From positions 1 to 64,000 of IMG/VR virus record IMGVR_UViG_3300009108_000751: a stretch of 64,000 nucleotides of DNA. One strand, given 5' to 3'. Positions 25,252 to 34,710 of the stretch are shown here, piece by piece (the stretch's first letter is position 1; the number at the start of each line of letters is the position of its first letter). The notes below the pieces were generated by a model. The model did not search any database. It saw only the letters and a list, made by a program, of their open reading frames with translations, and was not told the origin of the DNA. The translations under genes were made by a program, and so were the position numbers.

Positions 25252-25548
25252 TTGAGCAAGATACCATCTCACAAAAAACAATCTAAAGCTCTTAAGAAAA
25301 AGAGAAAAGATAAACAGAGATATCAGAGAATTAATAAGAAGAAAGAATCTGAGAAGATCTTTCAAAAAGAGATGTCTAGACAATTAGAAAAAGTAGAGAA
25401 TTTTATCTCTAACATGCCTAAATCTTGCACATCTTGTAGTAAGCAATTTGATCCTTCAAGCGATGACCATCTAGATGATTGGAATCTCACGATATCAGAG
25501 GGTGCAATGTCTTTAGTTTGCAAGGAATGCGGAGAAGGTAATGACTGA
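25252..25548 (+). CDS. basic protein with CxxC...CxxC zinc motif
   Basis: CTSC...CKEC. Confidence 0.55.
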   Translation: MSKIPSHKKQSKALKKKRKDKQRYQRINKKKESEKIFQKEMSRQLEKVENFISNMPKSCTSCSKQFDPSSDDHLDDWNLTISEGAMSLVCKECGEGND

Positions 25549-25783
25549 ACGTAGAAGATTCAATCCCCAAACTATGGCAAAAGAACTTGCCTACATTAAA
25601 CTTAAGATCAATGAGGTCTTAACTAACGATGATATGCCCGTCATGGGAAAAGATATCGATAAGATAAATAGAGAGATTGAATTTCTGCGTGAGAATCAAA
25701 AGTCCCTAAAGAAAAATACTTCTCTTCTAGTCTGGTGCGTACCTGTTCTACTTTTTATCGATATTTTACTAAGATTTTTTTAG
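25541..25783 (+). CDS. small protein with C-terminal TM helix
   Basis: SD GAAGG; LLVWCVPVLLFIDILL. Confidence 0.55.
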   Translation: MTERRRFNPQTMAKELAYIKLKINEVLTNDDMPVMGKDIDKINREIEFLRENQKSLKKNTSLLVWCVPVLLFIDILLRFF

Positions 25784-25896
25784 CTAAAAATTATAACTTC
25801 TCTTTTCCTGTAAGAAGTTTTTAAACCTAGTCTGTCACCTGGTTTAAGCATCACAAAGCACCAGCGGCTTATATTTACATTTGTGAGGAGAATAAA

Positions 25897-26352
25897 ATGC
25901 CAGAGCTACCCACAGCTATACTGAATAAGTTGTCTCAGATCGAGTCCCTGCTTAGTTCTTCACACGTTCTTAATGGTGGCTTTGAAAAACTGGTTCAAGA
26001 CGTTCAGCATACTAATGATCAGCTCGGCGAAGTCAAAGAATCCTTAGAAGCTATGAATAACACCATTAATGATCCGGAGAGTGGGGTTCGATCCCGTGTA
26101 AGAGACTTAGAGGCAGAATCTCAGAGGCGTTGGCTATTTGTCCAAGAAGCCCAGCATAAGATGGATGAATTTGACGATCTCCTCTCATGGAAAAGAGATG
26201 TTGAAGACAAGGTAAAAACTATTGATCTTCATAACTTAGAGCTAGATAGGCTCAAAATATGGCAGTCCAATCTTAGTAAATTGCAATGGCTTTTCGGTTC
26301 GACACTCGCCATCCTTATAATTCAAGCGCTTTTTGGGGTATTATTACCTTAA
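25897..26352 (+). CDS. coiled-coil protein with C-terminal TM helix
   Basis: SD GAGGAG; heptad repeats. Confidence 0.65.
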   Translation: MPELPTAILNKLSQIESLLSSSHVLNGGFEKLVQDVQHTNDQLGEVKESLEAMNNTINDPESGVRSRVRDLEAESQRRWLFVQEAQHKMDEFDDLLSWKRDVEDKVKTIDLHNLELDRLKIWQSNLSKLQWLFGSTLAILIIQALFGVLLP

Positions 26353-26358
26353 GCGACC

Positions 26359-27528
26359 ATGAGTACTTTTAGAAAACACAAATCTATAGCAGATCGATCA
26401 GCCACCGATCGATCGCGCCATAAGCAAAAAATTGAAAAAGCTTTAAAAGAAGGTATTCGAAATATCGTTGCCGAAGAGTCCATTATTGGCCAAGATGGTA
26501 AGAAAAAAGTTCGGATTCCTGTAAAGGGCATAAAAGAATACCAATTTATCTACGGTGACAACTCTAAAAAGGTTGGTTCCGCACCGGGCAAAGATATTCA
26601 CAGAGGTCAAAAGATTGCTGAGGATAAGGAAGGCAAGAAATCAGGTAACAAGCCTGGGGATAAACCAGGTGAGGAGTTCTACGACGTAGAGATTACATTA
26701 GAGGAGCTTGCAGAATACCTCTTTAGTGATCTTGAGCTTCCTGATCTAGATAAGAAGAAATTTAAGTTTCTGTCGTCCGACACTTTTAGAAGAAAAGGTG
26801 TTCGGCCTAAAGGTATTAGGCCGCGCCTCTCTAAGAAAGAGACTCTTAAACAGAAGATTCGTCGAAAGAAAATGTCTCAAAAAGCTGGGACCTTTAACGA
26901 AGAAGAAGATGAAAGATTTCCTTTTCATGAAGATGATCTTCGATACAAGCATTTCAAAGTAAAAGAAACAGAGATCTCATCTGCAGCAATATTTTTCATT
27001 ATGGATATCTCAGGTTCAATGAGTACTGAAAAGAAGTACATTGCCCGGAGCTTCTTCTTTCTTCTCTACCAGTTTTTGCGACACAAATATGATAATGTTG
27101 AAGTTGTATTTATTGCTCATACAACCACGGCAAAAGAAGTCAGTGAGAATGATTTCTTCAGTCTAGCACCATCCGGTGGAACATTTATCTCACCTGCACT
27201 TGATCTTACACTCGAGGTCGTTGAGAAAAGATATCACCCCAGCAATTGGAATATATACTCTTTTCATTGTTCAGATGGGGATAACTGGTCAGAAGATGAG
27301 GAAAAAGCTTTCAATGCTTCTAAGAAACTTAAGTCAATATCACAGCTTTACGCTTTTTGTGAAATAGATCCTAACGGTGAGTCATCACAGTGGCGCCAGA
27401 ATAATAATTCTAGAATGTGGGAAATTTATCAACCACTTGTAGACAAAGCTTTTAAGACTTTAAAGATGGTTAATGCTAAAGATATCTGGCCTTCATTTAA
27501 GAAGCTTTTTGGTGGGAGATCAGAATAA
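26359..27528 (+). CDS. yeaH: YeaH/YhbH (DUF444) vWA protein
   Basis: DRSRHKQKI, VRIPVKG, DDLRY, MDISGSM (MIDAS), SGGT, SDGDNW. Confidence 0.9.
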   Translation: MSTFRKHKSIADRSATDRSRHKQKIEKALKEGIRNIVAEESIIGQDGKKKVRIPVKGIKEYQFIYGDNSKKVGSAPGKDIHRGQKIAEDKEGKKSGNKPGDKPGEEFYDVEITLEELAEYLFSDLELPDLDKKKFKFLSSDTFRRKGVRPKGIRPRLSKKETLKQKIRRKKMSQKAGTFNEEEDERFPFHEDDLRYKHFKVKETEISSAAIFFIMDISGSMSTEKKYIARSFFFLLYQFLRHKYDNVEVVFIAHTTTAKEVSENDFFSLAPSGGTFISPALDLTLEVVEKRYHPSNWNIYSFHCSDGDNWSEDEEKAFNASKKLKSISQLYAFCEIDPNGESSQWRQNNNSRMWEIYQPLVDKAFKTLKMVNAKDIWPSFKKLFGGRSE

Positions 27529-28835
27529 TGGGATGGACATTTGAAGAACTCCATGCATGGGACGAAAAAATTGTTAAGCTAGCCAAGAAATATAACCTTG
27601 ACTGGTATCCAATTGACTACGAAGTTTGCGACTATCATGATATGATCGGTTACATGTCATACATTGGAATGCCCACTCACTACCAGCATTGGTCGTACGG
27701 CAAGTCCTTTGAACGAACACACACCATGTATAACCTCGGCATGGAGGGATTACCCTACGAGATGATCATCAATAGCGATCCCTCGATATCGTATTTGATG
27801 ACTGAGAACCCTCTTCCTTTGCAAGTTCTTATCATGGCACACTGCGTTGGTCACTCCGACTTCTTCAAAAATAATCGGATGTTTAAGCATACCGATGCAG
27901 CTAATGTGATATCAAGGTTTCGTAATTCTGCAAAGAGGATCAAGAAATATTCTGACAATCCTCACATCGGTGTTGAAGCTGTTGAAAAAGTAATAGATGC
28001 ATGTCATGCTTTAAAGTATCATAACTATCGCGAGTTTGGAATTAGTCGAAAATCTCATCAAGAAATAAAGCAAGCCTATGTTGATATTGCTAACTTTAAA
28101 CCTGAGAAACTCCCAGAAGATTTTGATATCAATAAGATCCCATTAGAGCCTGACTATGATATTCTTGGATTTATAGGAAAACATTCTAGAAATTTAGAGG
28201 ACTGGGAAAGAGATATTATTGATATTGTTCGTCAAGAATCAATGTACTTTATGCCGCAGGCAATGACAAAAATAATGAATGAAGGATGGGCATCATTTTG
28301 GCACTATAAAATAATGTCAGAGCTTGATCTCCCGCAAGAGTTTCACTTGTCTTTTCTTAAATTTCATAATCAGGTTCTCCGGCCAATGGTAGGAAGAATT
28401 AATCCCTATCATCTAGGATTCACAATTTTTAAATGGATTGAGAAAAATAAAGGGCTAGAGGAATGTTTTATAGCAAGGTCTTCTCATAATGACGAATCTT
28501 TTATCAGGTCATATCTCAACAAAGAAATATGTGAAGAACTTAATCTTTTCTCTTACTCTAAAAAGAAAAAAGAATGGACGATAGACGATATATCGGATCA
28601 AGATGGCTGGAAACAGATTAGATCCGATCTCATAAAAAATGTAGGCCTTAACTCTTTGCCAAATATTTATGTCAAGGAGCTTCAAAAGGATCAAACGCTG
28701 GTTTTAGAACACGAGCATGATGGTAGGGATCTAGATCTAGATTACGCACACAATGTATGTGATCATCTTTTAGACCTGTGGGGCGATGACTTTAAATTCT
28801 TTACTGTTATCGAAGATGAGCCTTTCGAGATTTAA
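27528..28835 (+). CDS. spoVR: SpoVR/YcgB family protein
   Basis: HWSYGK, YEMIINSDP, MAHCVGHSDFFKNN, TKIMNEGWASFWH, NPYHLG. Confidence 0.92.
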   Translation: MGWTFEELHAWDEKIVKLAKKYNLDWYPIDYEVCDYHDMIGYMSYIGMPTHYQHWSYGKSFERTHTMYNLGMEGLPYEMIINSDPSISYLMTENPLPLQVLIMAHCVGHSDFFKNNRMFKHTDAANVISRFRNSAKRIKKYSDNPHIGVEAVEKVIDACHALKYHNYREFGISRKSHQEIKQAYVDIANFKPEKLPEDFDINKIPLEPDYDILGFIGKHSRNLEDWERDIIDIVRQESMYFMPQAMTKIMNEGWASFWHYKIMSELDLPQEFHLSFLKFHNQVLRPMVGRINPYHLGFTIFKWIEKNKGLEECFIARSSHNDESFIRSYLNKEICEELNLFSYSKKKKEWTIDDISDQDGWKQIRSDLIKNVGLNSLPNIYVKELQKDQTLVLEHEHDGRDLDLDYAHNVCDHLLDLWGDDFKFFTVIEDEPFEI

Positions 28836-28881
28836 ACTCCTACATATTAGTGTGTATTATTGAAAGTGTGGAGCATCAAGA

Positions 28882-30813
28882 ATGACTAAATCTAAATTTG
28901 CTGATTTAATTAGCCAGCAGAGATCTGAAAAGAAGGATGTATCCTTTAAGGGTACTTTTCTAGAATATCTGGAAGTTGTTGAGAAAAATCCAAAGATTGC
29001 AGCCTTGGCTCATAGAAGACTTTTTGATGTTCTTGCAGAAGACGGTATTGAAGTACTAGATGAAACAGATGAGAGATGCCGCCGCCTATTTGATAGTGAA
29101 AAGACAAAGACTTACAACTATTTCCAACCGCATTTCTTCGGCATGGAAAGATCTCTAGCAAAAGTGATGAGATTCCTCAGTTCTGCTGCTATGAAGGGTG
29201 AGGAAAGTCGACAAGTACTTCTACTCCTAGGCCCGGTCGGCGCCGGAAAATCTGCCCTGATCGAACACATTAAAAGAGGCCTAGAAAGAGCAGAGCATAT
29301 CTATCATTTAGATGGCTGCCCAATCAGAGAAGAACCTCTACATCTCGTACCTCGCTCTCTCCGCAGCAAGTTTGAGGAAATGCTCGGCATTAAAATAGAA
29401 GGCGATCTTTGCCCTGTATGTCGACACCGACTTTTAGAAGAGTTTGGTGGGAAATATGAGAATTTTCCTGTAAAACAATCCTCTTTCTCAATTAGAGGTA
29501 GAAGAGGTGTAGGTGTTGTACCCCCTGTCGATGCCAACACTCAAGATACTTCAATTCTTATAGGCTCAGAGGACATCTCGAAGTTGGATCTGTATCCCGA
29601 GGATGATCCCAGAGTGCTTTCCTTGAACGGGGCCTTTAATGTTGGTAACAGAGGTATCGTTGAGTTCGTAGAGGTCTTTAAGAATGAGATTGAATTTCTA
29701 CACACAATGATCACGGCAACACAGGAGAAGGCAGTTCCCTCTCCTGGTAAAGGTGCCATGATTTACTTTGACGGTGTCATCCTTGCACACTGCAACGAAG
29801 CGGAATGGAACCGATTTAAATCCACACACACAAATGAAGCTATACTTGATCGAATCGTCAAGGTTAATGTCCCGTACTGCCTAGAACTTGACGAGGAGGT
29901 AAAGATTTACCAGAAGATGTTGAAGATGTCTGATTTCGATGCCCACATTGCACCACACACACTTGAGGTTGCATCGATGTTTGCAGTTATGTCTCGATTA
30001 AAACCTTCTGGTAAAGTTGATCCTTTGGTTAAGATGAAGATTTATAACGGGGAGGACATCATCGAAAAGGGAAGAGTCAAGAAGGTCGACATCAAAGATC
30101 TTCGTGAGGAATCCCGCGATGAAGGTATGACCGGTATCTCAACACGCTTCATCACCAAAGCGATCGATTCAGCGCTTTCTGATTCTGATAGAAATATGGT
30201 TACCCCAATTTCAGTTAGAGATTCCCTTATCAAGCAAGTCAAAGAACAGATTATCGATGAGGAAGCTAGAGAGCGCTATCTCCAATACCTTCAAAAAGAT
30301 CTTCATGAAGAATACTTAAGGATCTTGGAGAAGGAGATTACCAAGGCTTTTGTAAGTGCTTACGAAGAACAAGCAGAGGCCCTTTTTGATAACTACCTTG
30401 ATCATGCCGAGGCTTATGTTAATAAGTCAAGAGTAAAAGATAAGGTGACACGTGAAGAGATGGAGCCAGATGAAAACTTCATGAAATCCATCGAGGAAAA
30501 TATTGGCATTACAGGCTCTGCTAGAGACGGATTTAGATCTGATGTTACTACTTACATGTTTACTCTTCTTCGCGCTAAAAAGAAGATTGACTGGAAAGCT
30601 TATGGCCCTCTCAAGGAAGCCATTGAGAATAAACTGATGTCATCTGTAAAAGATATGTCCAGAATTGTTACAAAGTCAAAATCCCGCGATAATAAACAGC
30701 AAAAGAAATACGGTGATATGGTGTCTACGCTTATCGAAGACTACGGCTACAATGAAGATTCTGCAGAAGAAGTAATTAAATTTGCGGCCAATAATCTCTG
30801 GAGAGATGGTTAA
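28882..30813 (+). CDS. prkA: PrkA/YeaG AAA+ ATPase / serine kinase
   Basis: FFGMER, Walker A GPVGAGKS, CPIREEPL, NRGIVEFVEVFK, EAILDRI, EGMTGISTRF. Confidence 0.92.
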   Translation: MTKSKFADLISQQRSEKKDVSFKGTFLEYLEVVEKNPKIAALAHRRLFDVLAEDGIEVLDETDERCRRLFDSEKTKTYNYFQPHFFGMERSLAKVMRFLSSAAMKGEESRQVLLLLGPVGAGKSALIEHIKRGLERAEHIYHLDGCPIREEPLHLVPRSLRSKFEEMLGIKIEGDLCPVCRHRLLEEFGGKYENFPVKQSSFSIRGRRGVGVVPPVDANTQDTSILIGSEDISKLDLYPEDDPRVLSLNGAFNVGNRGIVEFVEVFKNEIEFLHTMITATQEKAVPSPGKGAMIYFDGVILAHCNEAEWNRFKSTHTNEAILDRIVKVNVPYCLELDEEVKIYQKMLKMSDFDAHIAPHTLEVASMFAVMSRLKPSGKVDPLVKMKIYNGEDIIEKGRVKKVDIKDLREESRDEGMTGISTRFITKAIDSALSDSDRNMVTPISVRDSLIKQVKEQIIDEEARERYLQYLQKDLHEEYLRILEKEITKAFVSAYEEQAEALFDNYLDHAEAYVNKSRVKDKVTREEMEPDENFMKSIEENIGITGSARDGFRSDVTTYMFTLLRAKKKIDWKAYGPLKEAIENKLMSSVKDMSRIVTKSKSRDNKQQKKYGDMVSTLIEDYGYNEDSAEEVIKFAANNLWRDG

Positions 30814-30827
30814 ACCCGCGTGGAAAA

Positions 30828-32153
30828 ATGAGATCCCGAGTAGAGAGAAAAAATCTAAAGAAGGAATCAAGACAGTTCTTAAAAAACCTTGAAGCTCTTA
30901 CTCGTATTCAAGAGCGCAACTCAAAGGTTGCATTTTTAATGTCTAATTCCCCAAGAACTTCTGGAAGCATTCTTCTTTCTTTGCTTTCTTATTCACCTGC
31001 AAACAGAACTGAAAATATTTTCAAGCAGATCGTGATTAATCACGTCTTAAAATGTGAAAAAACATCTGCAATGTCATCTTCTACTATGATTAAAATGCTT
31101 ATAGACCTAACCAGGAAATCTGATAATCTAAGCAGCATGGGTATCAAAGATAAAGAAAAATCTATAAGAAAAGATGTAGATGACATATTTGATGCCATTC
31201 AGGAAAAAATGTCTAGGCCAACTTTGAGAACCTTAGAGGATTACCTAAAAATAAATTTTGACAAAACAACATCTTCTCTTGTTTTGGAGTCTCTAAAATT
31301 ATCAGGAATGTCAGGAAAGTTATCTTTTGAGCATAGCAATATTCCTAATCCCATTATAGAATCTAATGCCAGCTATATCTTTGAAATAGAACCAGACCCT
31401 AACCTTCTTTTACAGTCAGACTTCATGTGGGCAAAAAAAGATGTTTCTGTCTTGTGCATAGAAGGCTTTATAGAAAAAGTTTCCGAAATAGATGTAATAC
31501 TTTCTTCATTAGCAGAAAGAAAAGGTAATGCAGTCATTATCTGTCTCGGATACTCTCCTGAAGTTGTCTCAACTATTATAGCGAACAACGCCCGCGGAAC
31601 ATTTAATGTAATGCTTTGTAAGCCCAGCCAAGAAGAAGAAGCCATAAATGATATTTTCGACATGTCAGCCGCATCAGGATCATGCTTCTACGGATTCCAG
31701 ACAGGTACAATATCTACTTCATTTTCTCCCGAGCACCTAGATAGCACAAATGAAGAGGTCGTAATAACTGAGAATAAGATAAGCATCAAAAGCTCTATAT
31801 CCAAGAATTCTGCTAACACAAGGGCAGAAAAGATAAGAGAGCAGCTCGGTGAGAGTGATTTAAAAGATGACTACCTTAAAAGAAGAATAACCTCGCTTAC
31901 ATCCAACCAGGTTAAAATAAATCTGCCTGAAAAAACGTCACAGGAAAAATTTAGTCAAATTGAGAAAATTGATACTGCACTTAGATGTGCCAATGCGATT
32001 ACTAGATTTGGGATAATCGATATTCCGGAATCAAGCATTATACCAGGTAGCGGACGACAGATAGCATCTTCAATTTACATTGGATGCAAATATGGATATG
32101 AATTATTTAAGCAGTTATCTTCTATCGACACTGCGATCGTTTTAGATGACTAA
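30828..32153 (+). CDS. groEL: divergent GroEL/chaperonin-60 homologue lacking ATPase motifs
   Basis: Apical and intermediate domains align by eye (VLCIEGFIEKVSEI..IL, VIICLGYSPEV..TIIAN..RG, KRRITSL, IDTALRCA..GII); no GDGTTT or GPKG. Confidence 0.7.
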   Translation: MRSRVERKNLKKESRQFLKNLEALTRIQERNSKVAFLMSNSPRTSGSILLSLLSYSPANRTENIFKQIVINHVLKCEKTSAMSSSTMIKMLIDLTRKSDNLSSMGIKDKEKSIRKDVDDIFDAIQEKMSRPTLRTLEDYLKINFDKTTSSLVLESLKLSGMSGKLSFEHSNIPNPIIESNASYIFEIEPDPNLLLQSDFMWAKKDVSVLCIEGFIEKVSEIDVILSSLAERKGNAVIICLGYSPEVVSTIIANNARGTFNVMLCKPSQEEEAINDIFDMSAASGSCFYGFQTGTISTSFSPEHLDSTNEEVVITENKISIKSSISKNSANTRAEKIREQLGESDLKDDYLKRRITSLTSNQVKINLPEKTSQEKFSQIEKIDTALRCANAITRFGIIDIPESSIIPGSGRQIASSIYIGCKYGYELFKQLSSIDTAIVLDD

Positions 32154-32164
32154 GGAGAGAAAAA

Positions 32165-32386
32165 ATGAGTTTGCAAAATGATGTAACTTACAGCGTAAAA
32201 GCAATTATCGAAGAGGTAAAAGCACAGATTGAAAGAAATTTCAATACAGCAATCAACAATAATATGCTGACTATCGACAAGGAAAAGCTTCCTGGAATTT
32301 GTAAGCTTGCTAATGATTCAGTAGATCAGGCTTTCATTGAGAAATCTGACTTGCTAATTAACGCTCTTAGACGCCATAGCAAGTAG
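32165..32386 (+). CDS. hypothetical protein
   Basis: SD AAGGAG. Confidence 0.6.
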   Translation: MSLQNDVTYSVKAIIEEVKAQIERNFNTAINNNMLTIDKEKLPGICKLANDSVDQAFIEKSDLLINALRRHSK

Positions 32387-32390
32387 TTTA

Positions 32391-32867
32391 ATGAAAAGTG
32401 CTGAGAAGCATTTAATTCAATGCCACTGTATTCTGCCCCAGTACAGAGGCAAGCCAGACCCTGTTTTTCATAAGTTTACAGTTTTTTCTATTCTTGAAAA
32501 CGATAAGGTAGTTGAAAAGCTGGCACAGTGTCCAAACTGCGGCGTCATTCACAAAGTTGTAGATGTTTGCAAAAGTGAGATTGCGTCAGGAAAAGATGAA
32601 ACAAAGTCTATCATTGAAATTAAAGACATTAAGTTCGGATTACCACCTCGCCTAGTTGAAATTCTAGAATCCTATAGCTGTGATCTTCCTGCATGGGAGC
32701 ATGCACAGTTTATATTAGATGAAAAAAGGTGGGGAGAAAAAGTAAGAGTTTCCTACGAGGAAAATGAGGATGATACTTTTGCAAAGTTTCTGGTATTTGT
32801 AGATGAAGACCAGTATAGGATATCTTCGTCATCAAGTCAAAGCTTTTTAGGAGATAGTGATGAGTGA
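32391..32867 (+). CDS. hypothetical Cys/His zinc-binding protein
   Basis: QCHC...QCPNCGVIHKV.D.C. Confidence 0.6.
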   Translation: MKSAEKHLIQCHCILPQYRGKPDPVFHKFTVFSILENDKVVEKLAQCPNCGVIHKVVDVCKSEIASGKDETKSIIEIKDIKFGLPPRLVEILESYSCDLPAWEHAQFILDEKRWGEKVRVSYEENEDDTFAKFLVFVDEDQYRISSSSSQSFLGDSDE

Positions 32868-33114
32868 AATAAAGAAATACGGTGAAAATGATACTGATAA
32901 ATGGGTAAAAGAAATGTCTATGTCTCGAGAGATAGTCCTAGAAATTCTTAGGCATGGCGTAAGTCAATCCCAGATAAATCAGATAATTGGCCTCCTGGCT
33001 CTTGAGCTTGAGAATAGAGAGCTTCTAACAGGATATAGAGGCATCTATAAGATGTCCCAAGGTGAAACAGTCGAGGGTGTTAAATCTACCTCAAAGATTA
33101 TTCTAGATAGCTAA
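32857..33114 (+). CDS. hypothetical protein
   Basis: SD AGGAG; overlaps the previous stop. Confidence 0.55.
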   Translation: MMSEIKKYGENDTDKWVKEMSMSREIVLEILRHGVSQSQINQIIGLLALELENRELLTGYRGIYKMSQGETVEGVKSTSKIILDS

Positions 33115-33157
33115 AATACATACATTTCAATATTTACTCTTCGATGAGGGCTCTCAA

Positions 33158-33868
33158 ATGACAAGAGTGAATAGATTGCTTAACAGGAATATCTGGGACA
33201 CGGTCTGCGATGATCCTTCGTGCGGTGAATTCAAAGTAGAACTCAAACCTGAGATAAGAAAAGCGCTTCTTAGAATCGCGTATGACTTTCTTGAGTCGAT
33301 TGATCCTAAGATGACATTTACTGATATCACGCTCACAGGATCTATGGCAAACTACAATTATACAGACCAAAGCGATCTGGATCTCCACATACTTTTTGAT
33401 TTCTCTTCAATGGGGGAAACCGGAGAACTCATTCAAGATCTTTTCAATGCTAAGCGTCGATTATGGAATGATGCACATGATATAAAGATTAAGGATCACG
33501 ACGTTGAACTCTACGCACAAGATTCTAAGGAGCCCCACCATTCTACAGGGGTTTTCTCTGTTTTAAGAAACAAGTGGCTTGTCGTCCCCCAGAGAACCAA
33601 TCCTGAGATCGACGAGGAGTATGTCCTTAAAAAATCACAAGATATTATGGATAGAATAGACCATGTAGTAGAATTAGAAGAAAAAAGAAAAGCCCTGGAT
33701 ATTGCCAAAGACAAGATTATGAAAATGAGAAAAGCAGGTCTTGAGAGAAAAGGCGAATTTGCTGAGGAAAATTTAATTTTTAAAACTCTGCGAAACACCG
33801 GGTACATTGGAAAGTTAAACGATGCCATACGTAATGAATATGATCGTTCTGTTTCATTAGATCAATAG
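33158..33868 (+). CDS. nucleotidyltransferase (pol-beta superfamily), T4-like phage type
   Basis: DITLTGSMANYNY...SDLDLHI, HDVELYAQD, ENLIFK.LR. Confidence 0.75.
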   Translation: MTRVNRLLNRNIWDTVCDDPSCGEFKVELKPEIRKALLRIAYDFLESIDPKMTFTDITLTGSMANYNYTDQSDLDLHILFDFSSMGETGELIQDLFNAKRRLWNDAHDIKIKDHDVELYAQDSKEPHHSTGVFSVLRNKWLVVPQRTNPEIDEEYVLKKSQDIMDRIDHVVELEEKRKALDIAKDKIMKMRKAGLERKGEFAEENLIFKTLRNTGYIGKLNDAIRNEYDRSVSLDQ

Positions 33869-33889
33869 CTACGCGAAAGGAAGTAGGAA

Positions 33890-34072
33890 ATGAGCAAAGT
33901 CATAGATAAGTGGGAAGAATTGAAAGTTCTGATAGAGAGCTTGGAGCTGGATATTCACAAGAATGCCCGAGGAAACAAAAGTGCAGGAACTCGTGCACGA
34001 AAAGGATTGCGTCTCTTGAAGAACGCAGCAGCAGACTTAGTCAAGACTTCGCTAGAAGAAGGCAAAGACTAA
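33890..34072 (+). CDS. histone H1-like Hc1 family protein
   Basis: KNARGNKSAGTRARK matches the Hc1 family GNKAAxxRxR motif. Confidence 0.7.
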   Translation: MSKVIDKWEELKVLIESLELDIHKNARGNKSAGTRARKGLRLLKNAAADLVKTSLEEGKD

Positions 34073-34086
34073 ATTTAAACTTTGAT

Positions 34087-34408
34087 GGGGCCGACACGGT
34101 ATCGACGTGGTCGGATGTTGAAGGTGATGCAAGTCCTGGAGGTGCCCGGCCAGGTAAAAAGGCACAAAATAATAATCGCAAACGACGATTTTGATATATA
34201 CGCAATCGCTGCTTAAAAACCAGTAGATGTGTGAGGCGGCAACAGCCAATAAACAGAAAGTTGCTTGAGATAAGGTTCGACTTACTCCTTTTAAAAGTAA
34301 GCATTTTTTTGAGATGAGCTTGCTGGAGCCAAAAACCAGCTAAACTTGTAAATGAATCCCTACAATTGATGGTTGCGGACGCGGGTTCGATTCCCGCCGG
34401 CTCCACCA
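34087..34408 (+). ncRNA. ssrA: tmRNA; tag ORF 34178-34216 encodes ANDDFDIYAIAA
   Basis: 5' GGGGCCG pairs with 3' CGGCTCC-A-CCA including the G3:U70 Ala determinant; T arm GCGGG-TTCGATT-CCCGC; resume codon after AATAATC; tag ends in AA-stop. Confidence 0.95.
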
Positions 34409-34440
34409 TTGTTTATCAAAATAAATAGAAAGAAAGATAC

Positions 34441-34683
34441 TTAATCAGGAAGGGAAGACTTAAGCTTGCCCAGAATACTTTTCTCTATTTGGCAGATTCT
34501 CATTCGTGTCAAGTCAAACACTTCCCCAATTTCCTGCAATGTCTTAGGACCTTCTTTGGCACTTATCAAAACACAATTAAAGTCTTTTTTGCAGTCGATC
34601 CAATTTTTACACTCTTTTTTGCGACATGGCATGTTTTTATCAGAGTGCGCATCAAAACATGTTTGCTTTAAAAAAATACTCAT
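34441..34683 (-). CDS. stand-alone sigma-70 region 4 HTH protein with Cys-rich N-terminus
   Basis: PKTLQEIGEVFDLTRMRICQIEK vs sigma70 TLEEVGKQFDVTRERIRQIEA. Confidence 0.75.
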   Translation of the reverse strand: MSIFLKQTCFDAHSDKNMPCRKKECKNWIDCKKDFNCVLISAKEGPKTLQEIGEVFDLTRMRICQIEKSILGKLKSSLPD

Positions 34684-34710
34684 AAATTTAACTCGAGAGA
34701 CGGAGACATT

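Noticed and set aside
34041-34409. ORFs overlapping the tmRNA (34041-34409 -, 34052-34249 -, 33910-34194 +)
   Set aside because: Shadow frames of the tmRNA and the Hc1-like gene.
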